Origin: Chiloscyllium plagiosum
Lineage: Eukaryota
Assembly (NCBI RefSeq): GCF_004010195.1
Contig: NC_057735.1
Span: 46,040,514-46,104,513, forward strand
Direction: 5' to 3'
Length of the DNA: 64,000 nucleotides
Below the pieces are notes generated by a model. It saw only the letters and a list, made by a program, of their open reading frames with translations, searched no databases and was not told the DNA's origin. Below, in pieces: positions 1 through 12,375 of the stretch (within the stretch, counting starts at the first letter, position 1; each line of letters begins with the position of its first letter). Position numbers and translations under genes: made by a program.

Positions 1-410
1 CCTCCAAACCAAGTCTGGGAATTAGGCCTGCTGTTTCCCTTGTAGCTTTTCCTGTGATGTTTTTGTCCTATGTCTGGTTACTCTGATTTGTGTATGCGAC
101 CGTAGCCTGTCTCTTGTGTCCAGAGTGCCTCAGGAGACTTTCCCCTTCTTCTGGTGGTAATGGTATCGCAGCTGCACCGATTTCAGACTCTGAAATTTTC
201 TTGACACTAGATGGAAGGGGAAAACATATGGTTTCTGATGGGTTTTCTGGCCATTCTGAGGGGCCAAATATGTTTTGTCCCTGTCCCGTTTACAAGGTAA
301 CGCCTTTCAAATGATCTACATGTTTATTCAGGACCGCCTCACCTACCCAAACCTTGTAAGTCACGAGACCTGAGCTCGCATCAACCTTGCCTCAAATCCA
401 TACAGTGCTA
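1..410 (-). mobile_element. Gypsy LTR retrotransposon fragment (end of integrase and downstream region), degenerate
   Basis: The minus strand reads ...GKVDASSGLVTYKVWVGEAVLNKHVDHLK..., similar to 5870-5970 of the Gypsy element below. It abuts a PLE at 411. Confidence 0.7.
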
Positions 411-1342
411 TTGTGTTTCTGTTCGCCGAGCTGAGAATTTGTGTTGCAGATGCTTCGTCCCCTGTCTCGGTGACATCCTCAGTGCTTGGGAGCCTCCTGT
501 GAAATGCTTTTCTGATCTTTTCTCCGGCATTTGTAGTGGGTCAGTATATTGGGTCCAGGTCGATGTGCTTATTGATTGAATCTGTGGATGAGTGCCATAC
601 CTGTAGGAATTCCCTGGCTGTTCTCTGTTTGGCTTGTCCTATAATAGTAGTGTTGTCCCAGTCGAACCCATGTTGCTTGTCATCTGCGTGTGTGGCTACT
701 AAGGATAGCTGGTCGTGTCATTTCGTGGCTAGTTGGTGTTCACGGATGCGGATCGTTAGCTGTCTTCCTGTTTGTCCTATGTAGTGTTTTTGCACTCCTC
801 GCATGGGATTTTGTACACTGCATTGGTTTTGCTCATGCTGGGTATCGGGTCCTTCGTTGTGGTGAGTTATCTGAAAGTGGCTGTTGGTTTGTGTGCTGTT
901 ATGAGTCCTAGTGGTCGCAGTAGTCTGGCTGTCAGTTCGGAAATGCTCTTGATGTATGGTAGTGTGGCTAGTCCTTTGGGTTGTGGCATGTCCTCATTCC
1001 GTTGTCGTTCCCTCAGGCATCTGTTGACGAAATTGCGCAGGTATCCATTTTTGGCGAATACGTTGTATAGGTGTTCTTCTTCCTCTTTTTGCAGTTCTGG
1101 TGTACTGCAATGTGTTGTGGCTCTTTTGAATAGTGTCTTGATGCAACTTCTTTTGTGTGTGTTGGGGTGGTTGCTTTCATGGTTTAGGACTTGGTCTGTG
1201 TGTGTGGCTTTCCTGTATACCATTATGGTGAATTCTCCGTTTGGTGTTCTCTGTACCATCATGTATAGGAATGGGAGTTGGTCGTCCTTTTCTTCTTCTC
1301 TAGTGAATCGGATTCCTGTGAGTGTGGCGTTGATGATCCCAC
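411..1342 (-). mobile_element. Penelope-like element (family B), 5'-truncated: RT C-terminus, GIY-YIG endonuclease and terminal repeat
   Basis: ORF 867-1388 carries YRKATHTDQVLNHESNHPNTHKRSCIKTLFKRA. Downstream lie the VYKIPC..C / HYIGQTGR GIY-YIG motifs, with frameshifts. Near-identical to 25618-26499. Confidence 0.9.
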
Positions 1343-1397
1343 GTACATAGCAAGTGCAGCTCCAACAACATTCGAAGCTTGTCATCATTCAGGACAA

Positions 1398-1667
1398 GAG
1401 AAAGTGAGGGCTGCAGATGCTGGAGATCAGAGCTGAAAATGTGTTGCTGGAAAAGCGCAGCAGGTCAGGCAGCATCCAAGGAACAGGAGAATCGACATTT
1501 CGGGCATAAGCCCTTCTTCAGGGCTTTTCCAGCATCATTCAGGACAAAGCAGCCCACTTGATTTGCAAGTATTCACTCCCAACCTCCCACCACCAATGCT
1601 CAGTAACTGCGGTGTGTACTTATCCTGTTCCTTGGATGCTGCCTGACCTGCTGCGCTTTTCCAGTAT
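1398..1667. mobile_element. PLE terminal-repeat (family A) insertion with inverted pieces and a duplicated target
   Basis: Minus-strand copy at 1398-1522 includes the hammerhead motif. Plus-strand pieces at 1523-1533 and 1623-1666. atcattcaggacaa is present three times. Confidence 0.85.
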
Positions 1668-2066
1668 CATTCAGGACAAAGCAGCCCACTTGATTTGCAA
1701 GTATTCACTCCCAACCTCCCACCACCAATGCTCAGTAACTGCGGTGTGTACCATCTACAAGATACACTGTAGAAAATCATCAAAGACAACAGCTTCCAGA
1801 TATACGACCACTTCCATCTAGAAGGACAAGGACAGCAGATACATGGGAACGCCACCACCGCAAGTTCGCCATTCACTATACTGACTTGGAAATATATTGC
1901 TGTTCCTCCACTGCCACTAGGTCAAAATCCTGGAATTTGCTCCCTAAGGACCTAAGCACACGGGCTGCAAAAGAAGGCAGCTCACCACCACCTTCTCAAG
2001 GACAATTAGGGTTGGGCAGTTAGTGCTGGCCAGCAAGCAGCACCCACATCCCACAAGTGAATAACA
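1668..2066 (+). mobile_element. 3' end of a CR1/L2-superfamily LINE (also 1343-1397)
   Basis: Tail gcagctcaccaccaccttctcaagg...caattaggg...tgctggcc...cccacatccc. The same tail motif occurs at about 19280-19330 and (minus strand) 23425-23480. Confidence 0.6.
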
Positions 2067-3769
2067 AGACATTTAAATGCTTCTGCAATAAAAACTGAGC
2101 CTTGCGTTCCTGGGATTTCCCTGTTTCAAGCTGCAAGCCATTGCCTAATGTTCAGCTATCCATGTGCACTGACCTGACTGAGCAGCTGACCAACTTTGGA
2201 CTATATTACATTACCACATTTGGAGCCTATTGACGAAGTAAGGATGTAGGTTCGATTTCACAATGCAGCAATCAAAATACATATGATCAACACCGGTAAC
2301 TGTGATACACATTTCTTGCTTTAATCCTATGATCACTTAACAAGTGACAAGTTTAAATACCTGTGCTTTTGCTTGTTTGTGTCAGCATCACACTCTGCTA
2401 TCTGTATTTCGCTTTATTATTATGAATGGTCCATTCAGTGCTTATAGTAAACAGATAATCCTGTGACATTGAAGGGTAGATATATGGCAGCAAACAATAA
2501 CTTTCCCGTTGTTCTTCAAAATCATATCATGGTACCTTTTACATTGTCCTGAAAATGCAGATGGAGCTGTGGATTAACGGTTCATGAGAAAGATGCCTGA
2601 TGCATCTCAATGCTTGCCATTGCATATTTAGGAGTGGCTTTGTGACTGTCAATCCTATGCTTGTAGTTGCAGAGGAGGCAGGCCACTGATTTGAAGCTCT
2701 GTCATTGGGATTCCTTTGACAGCTGCCCTTTGGCTGTCTGAGACCTTAAAAGCCCCAGCATGTTAATGATTTCCTGCTAACGTACAAGACATTTTATTCC
2801 TCTGGACTGCTGGGGGCTGTGGGATCATTGCTGGAGCAACTCAGTTGCTGCTGTCCTCATTTGTAACAGCCTGAGAGGAACCTTCAGATGTGGAACACAG
2901 CCACTCTTTTTCTTTTACAAAGTTCTCTAGAGCTCATATACAAGGCAAAGACATTCACATCTTCATGCTACTATTTATTTACTGATTGAACCGCTGAATT
3001 TTGTACTCCATTGATGTCACCAGCCTCTTGGTGGAGAAAGCAATGTGCACACACTCTTGAGATATGACAGTACTCGTGTCTTTTCAATTAAGGTTTATTT
3101 GAGCACTTTTTGCCGTATGATGTATATCCCTAACTCGTTGGGAGCTTACATCAATAGCTGACAAGATGATAGGGTTATGCTCATCCTTGTATTGAAATTA
3201 ATGTGTTCTTCCTGCCTGCATCCCTGCTAGCTTTCCCAGTATTCCAATGTCCAAGTTATTTTTTTTTTACATATATTGGCAATGAAAGCTAGCGCTGATC
3301 CAGTCTGAAAATCAACCAGTTAACACGTTCATTGGATTTTATTCTTGTTTGGAGTTTTTATTGTATATTGTAGCAAAGGAGACCCTGATCAGTAATAGAA
3401 GAAAGGTTAAGGCTGAGACTGTTGTTGACTGGGGATCTGGGGTTCCATTACTGTTATCATAGTTCAATGAGTTGATCATGAATAGTCCAGTCAGAAGGAA
3501 AGTCTCTCATCTCCATCCTTCTTCCTATTCTCAACTGATTTGCTATAAAGCTAGAGGTAATGGTTGTGACCTCATGATATAGGCTGTGGAGTGTGGAACG
3601 GATTAGTATGAGTCTTGAAACATGCTTTCCCACTGTAGGACCCTCTTGAGCAGTTCAACCAGTGGATCATTGTTTAAGCACCAAGATGGTACACTCTATT
3701 ACATTTTGCTGGGAAAATGACTTGTGTGATATTAATTCTACTCATTAGTGCATAGAATGGAGAAAGATT

Positions 3770-4300
3770 GAAGAAAGCTATAGAAGACAGAAGGATTTGG
3801 GAGTCTTCACCTATGAAGTACAAAAATCCAGCATCCATGTTCAGTGGGTAATGAGGAAGGCAAATGGATTTTTGACTTTTCATTCAAAGGGAATGGAGTA
3901 TAAATGTTGGGAGGTCATGTTAAAATTAAGTAAGGTAGTAGTCAGACCACATCTGGTTCGGTATGCGTGCTTTACACAGGAGATGTGGAAAGCTTCTTTT
4001 GGACCAGAGGATGTTATCTCAGAATAAGGAGTTGCATGTTTAAGACTGAGATGAAGATGAATTTCTCTGAGCGTAGTGAGTCTGTGGCATTCTTTATTGA
4101 AGAGGGCTATCAAGCTTAGGTTGTTAAATATAGTCAATCCTGAGGTAGAAAGGCTTTTATTTAGTTAAGAATCAAGGGTTATGGGGAAAAAGTGGGAAAG
4201 TGGAATTGAGAATTATCAGATCAGCCATGATCTAAGTGAATGGCAGGGCAGCCTCAATGGGATGAATGGCCTACTTCTACTCCTATATCTTATGGCCTCT
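3770..4300 (+). mobile_element. CR1 LINE 3' fragment, degenerate
   Basis: KANG..F...GMEYK..EVML.L.K..VRPHL motif and a CR1 3' UTR (gatcagccatgatct...gaatggcctacttct). Confidence 0.85.
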
Positions 4301-4719
4301 GACAAGGATGGCCATGCAATACCTCTGAATGGAATTTTGACAAATGGACCTTATTTTGGCAAATACAATACAAGCCATGTAATGCACTGAGAATAAGAGA
4401 TTACTGATGCCTTGACACTGCCCTCCATATCACCTAAGAAAGGCAACACTGGATATAGATTAGCGAATACATACAGTTCAAGGTGAGAGGATATCCACAT
4501 TATCTCTTGTGCACCCTGTAAGATGTTGGTATGTTTGTGGCTACACACATGGATATGTTATTTCTGACAGTCTCTTTGTGGTGTACATAGAACATTCCTT
4601 CTTCCAAACGTACTTGTGTCTCTTCCCACAATTCTTTATCTGGTGCTGCTTGCCTCTCTCATTTGGATTAAAAAAAAAACTCAATTTTGCTTCCCATTTC
4701 CACTTTTCTCTCACCTTCA

Positions 4720-5050
4720 ACTGATCTATCTTTAACTCCTTCCCTCCCATCCTCGGCAAGGACTCCATTCCATTCTCCTAGCATCTTCGCTGTCAAATCT
4801 ATACTGATGATGTCATCTTCTGCAGTGGAGCCTCAAATGTCCACTTTCTTCCTCACCTGAGGATTCCCTGCTGCTGTGGTTGATATCATAAACTGCTATT
4901 TCTGCCACTCCAAATGGGATGAAACCACCAGACATATATTCCCCTGTTTTGTCAGCATTCCGCAGAAAACCCTGGTCCACTCTTCTTCCACTCCCAACAC
5001 CTCCCCAAACCTCTACAGCACGTCCTCACACAATTGCAGACAATACAACA
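4720..5050 (+). mobile_element. Neptune-type Penelope-like element, left part (continues at 8190)
   Basis: Similar to 55950-56360. Interrupted by the Gypsy element at a caaca target duplication. Confidence 0.75.
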
Positions 5051-5464
5051 TGAAATAACTCCTCAAAGGCTGGCATTCCATCACCACGTCACCCTTTATT
5101 TGCATGTGCATAGTACAAGACAATGACTTAGCTAGATCAGAGCTGGCTCCTGGAGTGAGCAGAATCCCTGACACTTCTCTGTAATTTCTTTTGTGCACTG
5201 TACACTGGCTGTGGCCAGCCAGCCCTGAACGAAGGATATTCTAAATCCCCTGTTTATATATTTTGCTTTGTTTTGGTTATCCCCACACTACTGCTATACA
5301 GCAGCAGTGCTTATTTGCCCCCATAGCACCTGTGTTGTATGTGTGTGAGTGCAGGGACTCAGTGAAGATACTATTGTGCAAATAATTTTATTCAATATTT
5401 CCAACACTAGGAAAAACACCCATGTGGCCAGGGACACTCCTGTTTATAGCTGTCGGTCAGGTTA

Positions 5465-5538
5465 ACAGCTTCAATCAGGAAACTCATATATTTTATACGA
5501 TACAGCTTCAATCAGGAAACTCATATATTTTATACGAT
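5465..5538. repeat. Perfect 37-bp tandem duplication
   Basis: acagcttcaatcaggaaactcatatattttatacgat x2. Confidence 0.95.
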
Positions 5539-8012
5539 CTACCTGGCTGGCCTTGTTCCAAACACTACATCCATCCCCAACTAAGTCCTTAACATACACA
5601 CATTATTTTTTCTGTAGCTTCTCTTAAGGCATTTTTGCACCAAGCCTGGTTTCCCTGACTCTGCCTTGGATACTGATGGCATGTACAGACTGTAGCCCAC
5701 CTCTTGGGAGAAATTAATCTTCTGACGGTAAGGGCATTGAGGCTGCGACATCTGCCAGGTCCATCTTGTCCTGGGAGGTTTCTTTGATACTAGGTAGAGA
5801 TGGTTAAGCTATAGGTTCTGACAGCCATGCTGGATGCTCTGAGGGGCTGGGTGTGTTTTGCTCCTGCCCTATTTACAAGGTTGCAGCTTTCATGTGGTCC
5901 ACAAGATTGTTCATGACCTACCCGAACTCTGTACATCGCAGGACCTGATCATGCAGGGCAATTCCCATGGTCTCAACACCAAACATTGTCCCATGTAGTA
6001 AACTGCCTCTCGCTTAGAGGAATGTTGTATCCAGCTTTGATGTTCCTGATGCTGTTTCACATTCCCACCCACCCCCAGGTCTGGGAAGATCAGATTTAAC
6101 CTGGTGCAGAGTCTCCTCCTCATTAGCAGTCTCTGTAGTTGTGTGAGGGGTGGTCCTATGATCAAACAGTAAGCAGGACAGTTTGGTATTGAGTGAAGCT
6201 GTAGACTGCTTCTTTAAGCTTGCCTTCAAAGTTAGTGTGTTCTTTCCGCCAGACCATTGAATGATGGATGGTGGGGAGCTGTTCTTAAATGCTGAATGCC
6301 ATTCATCTTCAGGAAGTATTCAAATTCCCTGTTGGTAAATGATGGCCCAGTGTCTATGTCCAACACCTCCAGGGGTTTGTGTATTGCAAAAGATGCTTGT
6401 AGCTTTTCTGTCATCTTCGCTGTGTTTGACGAATGAAATCTATGGACGTCTAACCACTTTGAATGGGCTTCCACAATGATTGAGAACATAAGGCCTATGA
6501 AAGGACTGGCATAGCTGACATGTGACTGAGTCTAGTGTTTACCTGGCCATTCGTATGAATGTGGGACAGCTGCTGGTGGTAATATTTGTCTTTGTTGGCA
6601 CTCTGGGCACTGCCCCACCAACACAGCTATGTTGGCATCCAGTTCTGGCCATCAGACATAATTTTTCATCAATATCTTCATTTTGGAAACCCCTGAATGA
6701 CCCAAGTGGAGTTCACCCAGTATCTGGCAGTGACCTTTGCTTGGGACAATCATTCTTGCTCTCCATACTAATATCCTATCGTTTACAGTGATCTAGTCTC
6801 ACTGGGTGCAGAAAGGTTTCAGTTCTGGTTGAGATGGCCCTTTGTTCTCCCATCACCACCAGCTGTTTTAGTTTTGCTAGGATGGGATTGTTTTAGTCTA
6901 ATATTGTCGGCTATGACTGGAAGGGTGTCCAGAAAGTTTAAAACCAGAATCAACTCTTCCGAGGAGGCACTACCGCTGGTAACGTCCGCCAATTTGTGAT
7001 CCGTTATTATTACAAATTCCTAAGAAATTATCCTGAATCTGTAGGGCCTCCAGAGTGTTGGTTCTCAGTCTGGCTGAGGTCTTTTGCAGACTTAAGGGTT
7101 GGAGTCCAGAGTTTGGTAAAGACTGGTTCTGCGATAACTAATGCAGCCCTGCTGGGATTGTCCTCCATTAGAACTGGGTGACCATTTAGAGTCAGAGTCT
7201 CATGAGACATTTATTTTGGTTCTGAGTTGGATGTTATTAAAGCAACTTAACTGATCCAAACCAGCTGTAGGTGGACTTTCCAGGATGTGCACCCTCCTGG
7301 ATACTGGCGTATGAGTTCTTTTACTTGGCAGCAACTACAATGGCCTGCAGTGTGGATCCTCAAGAAACGTTTAACTATTTAGCCAAGGCTTGGTTTTGTT
7401 TTAGAGTTTTGCTGTGGGCTGACATAGAGTCCCTTTGTTAAGATACATCCTGAGTGAGGCTATGCAGTTGCCTTCACTCAAGTTGTGTGCCCTAAGCTCA
7501 GTCAGCATGGCGAGGGGGTCTGCTTCCGTCAGAATACCCTGTAAGCCATAAGCTTCTCTTGGAGAGAGGATTCAGTTTTCAATATTACCGTGTAGTGCTT
7601 GTTTGAAATCCAAATGCACTTGAGCTAGTAGGTGCTTTTTGGAGTCGTGATATTCTTTAGCTAAATCTGTCAACTCTTGAAAGCTTTTTAGTATCTGGTG
7701 CCTCAGTATTTTTTCCAAATACTGGGCCCAGTTTTTGACGCAGGATCAAATGAGTCAATCTTAGCAAAAACCCTGACTCAAGGACAATGGTTGTAGAAAA
7801 TTTTCTTAAGAGTTTTTTCTCTTATCGCCACTGAAATAACTCCCCAAATGCCGCTATCTCGCCACCACATCTCCCTTTATTTACAAATGCATCACAGATG
7901 ACATTGACCGATCAAGGTCAAAGCTGGCTCCTAGACTGAGCAGAACCCTGACACTCCTGTTGAGACAGGACTACCTGATTAGACCAGATGAGCCCCAGTC
8001 AGGAAACTCATT

Positions 8013-8136
8013 GCTCGTTGTTGTGGTTCTGTTCGCCGAGCTGGAAACAGGAGGCTCCCAAGCACTGAGGATGTCACCTAGACAGGGGACAAAACGTTTG
8101 CAACAAACATTTCCAGCTCGGCGAACAGAACCACAA
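8013..8136. mobile_element. 124-bp inverted-repeat cassette of the PLE family B terminal repeat, inside the Gypsy 5' LTR
   Basis: 8013-8046 contains the reverse complement of 8111-8136. 13-bp TSD caggaaactcatt at 8000-8012 and 8137-8149. Confidence 0.9.
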
Positions 8137-8189
8137 CAGGAAACTCATTCTATGAAATCCACATGGCTGACCTTATTCCAATCACTACA

Positions 8190-8680
8190 CAACATTTGCT
8201 TGTTTACCTCCTTTCTCCTCATGATCCAAATGAAGGAGTTATTTACTTGCACTTCACTCAATCTAGTTTACTGTACTCATTGCTCACCATGTGGTCCTCT
8301 TTACACTGGAGATACTAAACACAGATTGGGTTATTGCTTTGTGGAACACCTGCACTGTATTCATAAAATTGATCCTGAGATTCCAGTTATCTGCCACTTC
8401 AAAACACCATGTTCCCTGGCCTACATTGCTTTCTCCTCCAGAGAGGCACAGCGCAAGTTGGAGGAACAGCAGCTCCTTTTTGGGGGACCTTGTAGCCTTC
8501 AGTGCTCAATATTGAGTTCAATAATTTAGAACCTGAGCACTTCCTTTCATGTATATTACCCAGCCCCACAGCCCATGTCCTATCAGGACATGGATTACTT
8601 TCAGCACAGAAGGATCACTGGATTTGAAATGTTAACTCTGTTCTCTCTCTATGATACTGCCCTTCCTCCTACAATTACTG
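8190..8680 (+). mobile_element. Neptune-type Penelope-like element, right part (GIY-YIG region and decayed terminal repeat)
   Basis: FTCTSLNLVYCTHCSPCGPLYTGDTKHRLGYCFVEHL in ORF 7960-8529 is a GIY-YIG domain with CxxC. Confidence 0.85.
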
Positions 8681-9645
8681 TTTCTGCGAGATCTTTGTGA
8701 TGGCCCACAGGCATGTTTAAGACTGCCTGTGACTAATTTCATAGCGATGACTATCTTCAACCTGTATTTATCCATGTCATGCTGAAGATTGTGTCTAGGA
8801 TTTGTTTCCCATGAAGTTGTACATTACATACATTTCACATGTAGGGCACCATGATTACCGATAGCGTCACCCTGTATTGTAAAAGTGCCTAATAAATGAA
8901 GTTGGCACTGGAATTGACTTGCATGCTCACAAGCAGAGTCCATGTTCCCACACAGGAAAAAAGACACTTACCCTTCTTATTCCTGGTTATAATCACAACC
9001 ATTTTTCATTTCATTTCATTTTCCATTTCCAGTGCGCATTTACAATTCACATGTCTATAGCAGGCCTCACACGTCATGTTTGCACAATGAGTTGCAGGCT
9101 TAGCTATGTTCCTTTCTTCCTTGTCCTTCCTGTTTAGGCTACCTAAATTGCATTTGCATATGATCCCACACACACTCTTTGAATTGTTTCACCTCAGCAT
9201 TGGCCCTCAGCATACCAAAAATCATGCTACATTGCTTCCCTCCTTCCTTAATGTCAGGGTGGTTGTGAATATCGATGAGACCCCCACCCCACACACACAT
9301 TGATTCATGCCTTTCAGTACAATATTATCTCTCACTCCATTTATACAGAGAATGTACCCTTAAACGTTATTGTCCTCTCTGCATCCCATCTTGCTGCTCC
9401 CAGTCCCCATAATTGACTTCCCTTTTACAGCAGTGGCACCTAATAACTCACATAGGCTTCAGTTGAGCTGATCCTCAGGACTACCATGGCCAATCACCCT
9501 GATCAATGTGGTCAGAGCAGTTCCCCACTTGACCTACAGTGACTCCTTAGAATAGTTAAAACTGCAGGCTGTGCCACTATGTACATTTTCAGAGTTCCAT
9601 TGTATTGTGTATTTATGTTTCTTTATTTTGTAAATCTAACTTTAG

Positions 9646-9715
9646 AGAATTATAATGGCTTTTGAAGAACTTCGCAAGCAAGCTGAAAATTCAAGACTGG
9701 AAATCATTTTTAAGT
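9646..9715 (+). CDS. SYCP1: SYCP1 internal coding exon A (70 nt, phase 0 to 1): RIIMAFEELRKQAENSRLEIIFK
   Basis: Acceptor ctaactttag and donor gtaagt. The peptide matches the vertebrate SYCP1 segment KMITAFEELRVQAENSRLEMHFK as I recall it, and splices in frame to the next five exons. Confidence 0.95.
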
Positions 9716-9859
9716 GTAAGTATACATTTTGTCACGAGTTAAGATTGTTATTTAATAAATAAGAGATATCAGATGTTTTGAATATTGTATTGAATAAAAG
9801 TATGGACTCAATCAAATAATGCAGCAATATAAATAGTACAAACTCAACTTTAATAACGC

Positions 9860-10662
9860 AAGAACAAATGACTCAGAGGCTGGAGTAGGCTTTTTAACCC
9901 CTCAAGCCTGTTCTGTCATTTAATAAATTTATAGCTGCCCTGAATGTAACCTTGCATCTATTCCTGATAACTTTTCAACCCTTTGCATACCAAGAATATA
10001 TCTGCCTTTACCTTAAGAATATTCAGAAAATTTCTTTCTGCGCAATCACCCCATCATTTCAGAAAGACAGTTTCAAACACTTATGATTCAGATTGTAATA
10101 ACTTCGCCTCATCTATTTAAAAGAGGATCTATTTTATTTTTGAGCAGTAACCCCTCATTCTAGATTATTCCACAAGAGAAATAATTTTTTTAAGATCCCT
10201 GAAGGTATTTATTTGGTAAATCTTCACTGAACGGCTTCCAATGCATTTACATTCTTCCTTAAATTAAGTGATCAGTGCCACATACAATACTCTAGATGTG
10301 ATCTTAGTAGAGTCCTGTATAACTGAAGCATATCCTCCTACTTTTGTATTCAATACCCCCTACACTAAACAGTAGCATCCTACCAGCTTTCCTAATTGCT
10401 TGACGTGTCTACAGTGTTCAGTCTTTTGCAATTCGTGCACTAAAAACCTAGATCTCTCTGCATCTCTGAGCTCTGCAACCTCCACCATTTTGATAATAAG
10501 CATTTTAAAAATTCTTGTCAAAATGGATAATTTCACATTTTCCCACATTCTCTTCCATTTGACAGGTCTTTGTCCATACATTTAACTTGTCTATACATTT
10601 TTGTAACCTCCTTCTGTTCTCTTCACAACTTATTTTTTCAACCATTTTTATGTGATCAGAAA
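9860..10662 (-). mobile_element. CR1 LINE 3' fragment
   Basis: ORF 10505-10738 RLQKCIDKLNVWTKTCQMEENVGKCEIIHF; CR1 3' UTR near 9860-10020. Confidence 0.85.
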
Positions 10663-11777
10663 ATTGAATTGAATTGATTTTGTTGTCACATGTACTAAGG
10701 CACAGTGAAAAGTTTTGTCTTGCAAGCAATGCAGGCAACCATTTTTATATGATCAGAAAATTGAAATGAATTGATTTTTTTGTCACGTGTACCATAGCAC
10801 AGTGAAAAGCTTTGTCTTGCAAGCAATACAAGCAATAGTTAAGTAGCATACATAAGTAAATAATAGGTAATCAGTGTCAAAAACAAAAACACAGGTACAG
10901 GCGAATTTAAGAGTTCGTGAGTCTGTTCAGTATTCTCACGACAGTAGGGTAGAAACTGTTTCGAAACCAGCTGTTGCGTATGTTCAGGCATCCGTACCTT
11001 CAACCCTAGAGGTTGTAGAAAAACATTGCCAGGGTGTGATGGATCTTTGAGGATGCTGGCGGCCTCTCGTTGACAGTGGGCCTAGTAGATGGATTCTGTA
11101 GATGGGAGGTTGGCCTTTGTGATTGTCCGGGCCGAGTTCACCACTCTCTGTAACCGTCTCCGATATTGACTGGTACAGTTGCCATAGCAGGTAATAATAC
11201 ATCCAGACGGAATGCTCTTGATGGCGCACCTATAAAAGTTGGCAGAGGAATTTGCCGTCATGCCAAATTTCCTCAGCTGCCTGAGGAAGAAGAGACATTG
11301 TTGAGCCTTTGTAACCAATGCATCCACATGAAGAGTCCAAGAAAGCTTGTGGTGTGTGACCACTCCTAGGAGCTTGACCCTCTCCACTCGTTCCACCTCT
11401 GTGCTGTTAATGTGCAGGGGGGCATGTGCAACATCTGGCCGAAAGTCAATAATGATTTCCTTGGTTTTGCCAGCATTGAGAGCTAGGTTGTTCTTAGTGC
11501 ACCATTTTTCCAGATCTTCCACCTACCGTCTGTGGTCTGTTTCATCCCCATCTGAGATTCGACCAACTATGTTGGTGTCATCAGTGAACTTGTAAGTGGT
11601 GTTAGTCTGATATTTGGCGACGCAGTCATGGGTTGACAGCGAGTACAGTAAGGGGCTGAGTATGCATCCCTGGGTGTTGAGTGTTAATGAGCATGAAATA
11701 TTGTCTCCAATCTTCACTGATTGTGGCATGTGGGTCATAAAACTGAGGATCCAGTTGCAGAGAGTGGGGCTTAGTCC
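10663..11777 (-). mobile_element. Rex1/Babar-clade LINE, 5'-truncated
   Basis: QGCILSPLLYSL.THDC...KFTDDT RT motifs, then WCTKNNLALNAGKTKEIIIDFR and KAQQCLFFLRQLRKFG...NFYRCAI. The 3' tail is (caatt)n. Confidence 0.88.
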
Positions 11778-12164
11778 TTTGGCAATCAAACTTTGAATTC
11801 TTCATCTATATAATAACCAGCTCCAGTGCAAGATGGCAACAGAGTAACAGGGCTGCGTAAGGGCTCTTGCCCAGGGCCCATCCACTCCCATCTGCTTTAC
11901 TTCTTTGTTTTACTTTTGCTTCTGCTCTTTTCTTTCGCTTTATTTTCCTTTTGGTCTTTTTTTCTTATTTCCTGTGGTGGGTTGGTCGGCAGCACCGGTG
12001 CAGAGAGTGGGCCACGTGCAGATTGGCAGAGGTGGCTTCTTCTGGCGATAGGAGACCGGCGGTAATGAGGTAGTTCTCGTGCCATTCGGGGCTTGAGGCA
12101 GTGGAAGCGAGGTCATTCTCTCACCATTCGATGCCTGTGGCAGTGGTAGCAAGGATGTTCTCCC

Positions 12165-12375
12165 ACCCCCTCCAGCCCACCAGCCTTCACATGCAAAGAA
12201 TAATCCTCCGCCATTTTCGCCAACTCCAACACAACGCCACCACTAAACACATCTTCCCTTCCCTCCCCCGTCTGCATTCCGCAGAGATCGTTCCCTCCGG
12301 GACAATCTAGTCTACTGCTCCATCACACCTAACACCTCTCCCGTCACACACGGCACCTTCCCATCCAATTGCAGA
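12165..12375 (+). mobile_element. Neptune-type PLE fragment
   Basis: HPTSLHMQRIILRHFRQLQHNATTKHIFPS matches the linker region seen in the other Neptune-type copies (e.g. 61100-61250, minus strand). Confidence 0.7.

Larger units (their letters stand above)
5051..8189 (-). mobile_element. Gypsy LTR retrotransposon with both LTRs, internally deleted and inactive
   Basis: LTRs at 5051-5569 and 7832-8189 (TGTAGTG...TTTCA on the minus strand). 5-bp TSD caaca at 5046-5050 and 8190-8194. PBS-like TGGCGATAAGAG next to the 5' LTR and a purine tract ttggggatgga next to the 3' LTR. Protease remnant LNGHPVLMED; integrase IVEAHSKW...DTGPSFTNREF...TAPHHPSFNGLAER. Confidence 0.92.

Noticed and set aside
1535-1752. 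CRISPR-like repeat-spacer pattern
   Set aside because: Only 2-3 copies, the spacers are transposon pieces, and the context is vertebrate. It is an insertion-associated duplication.
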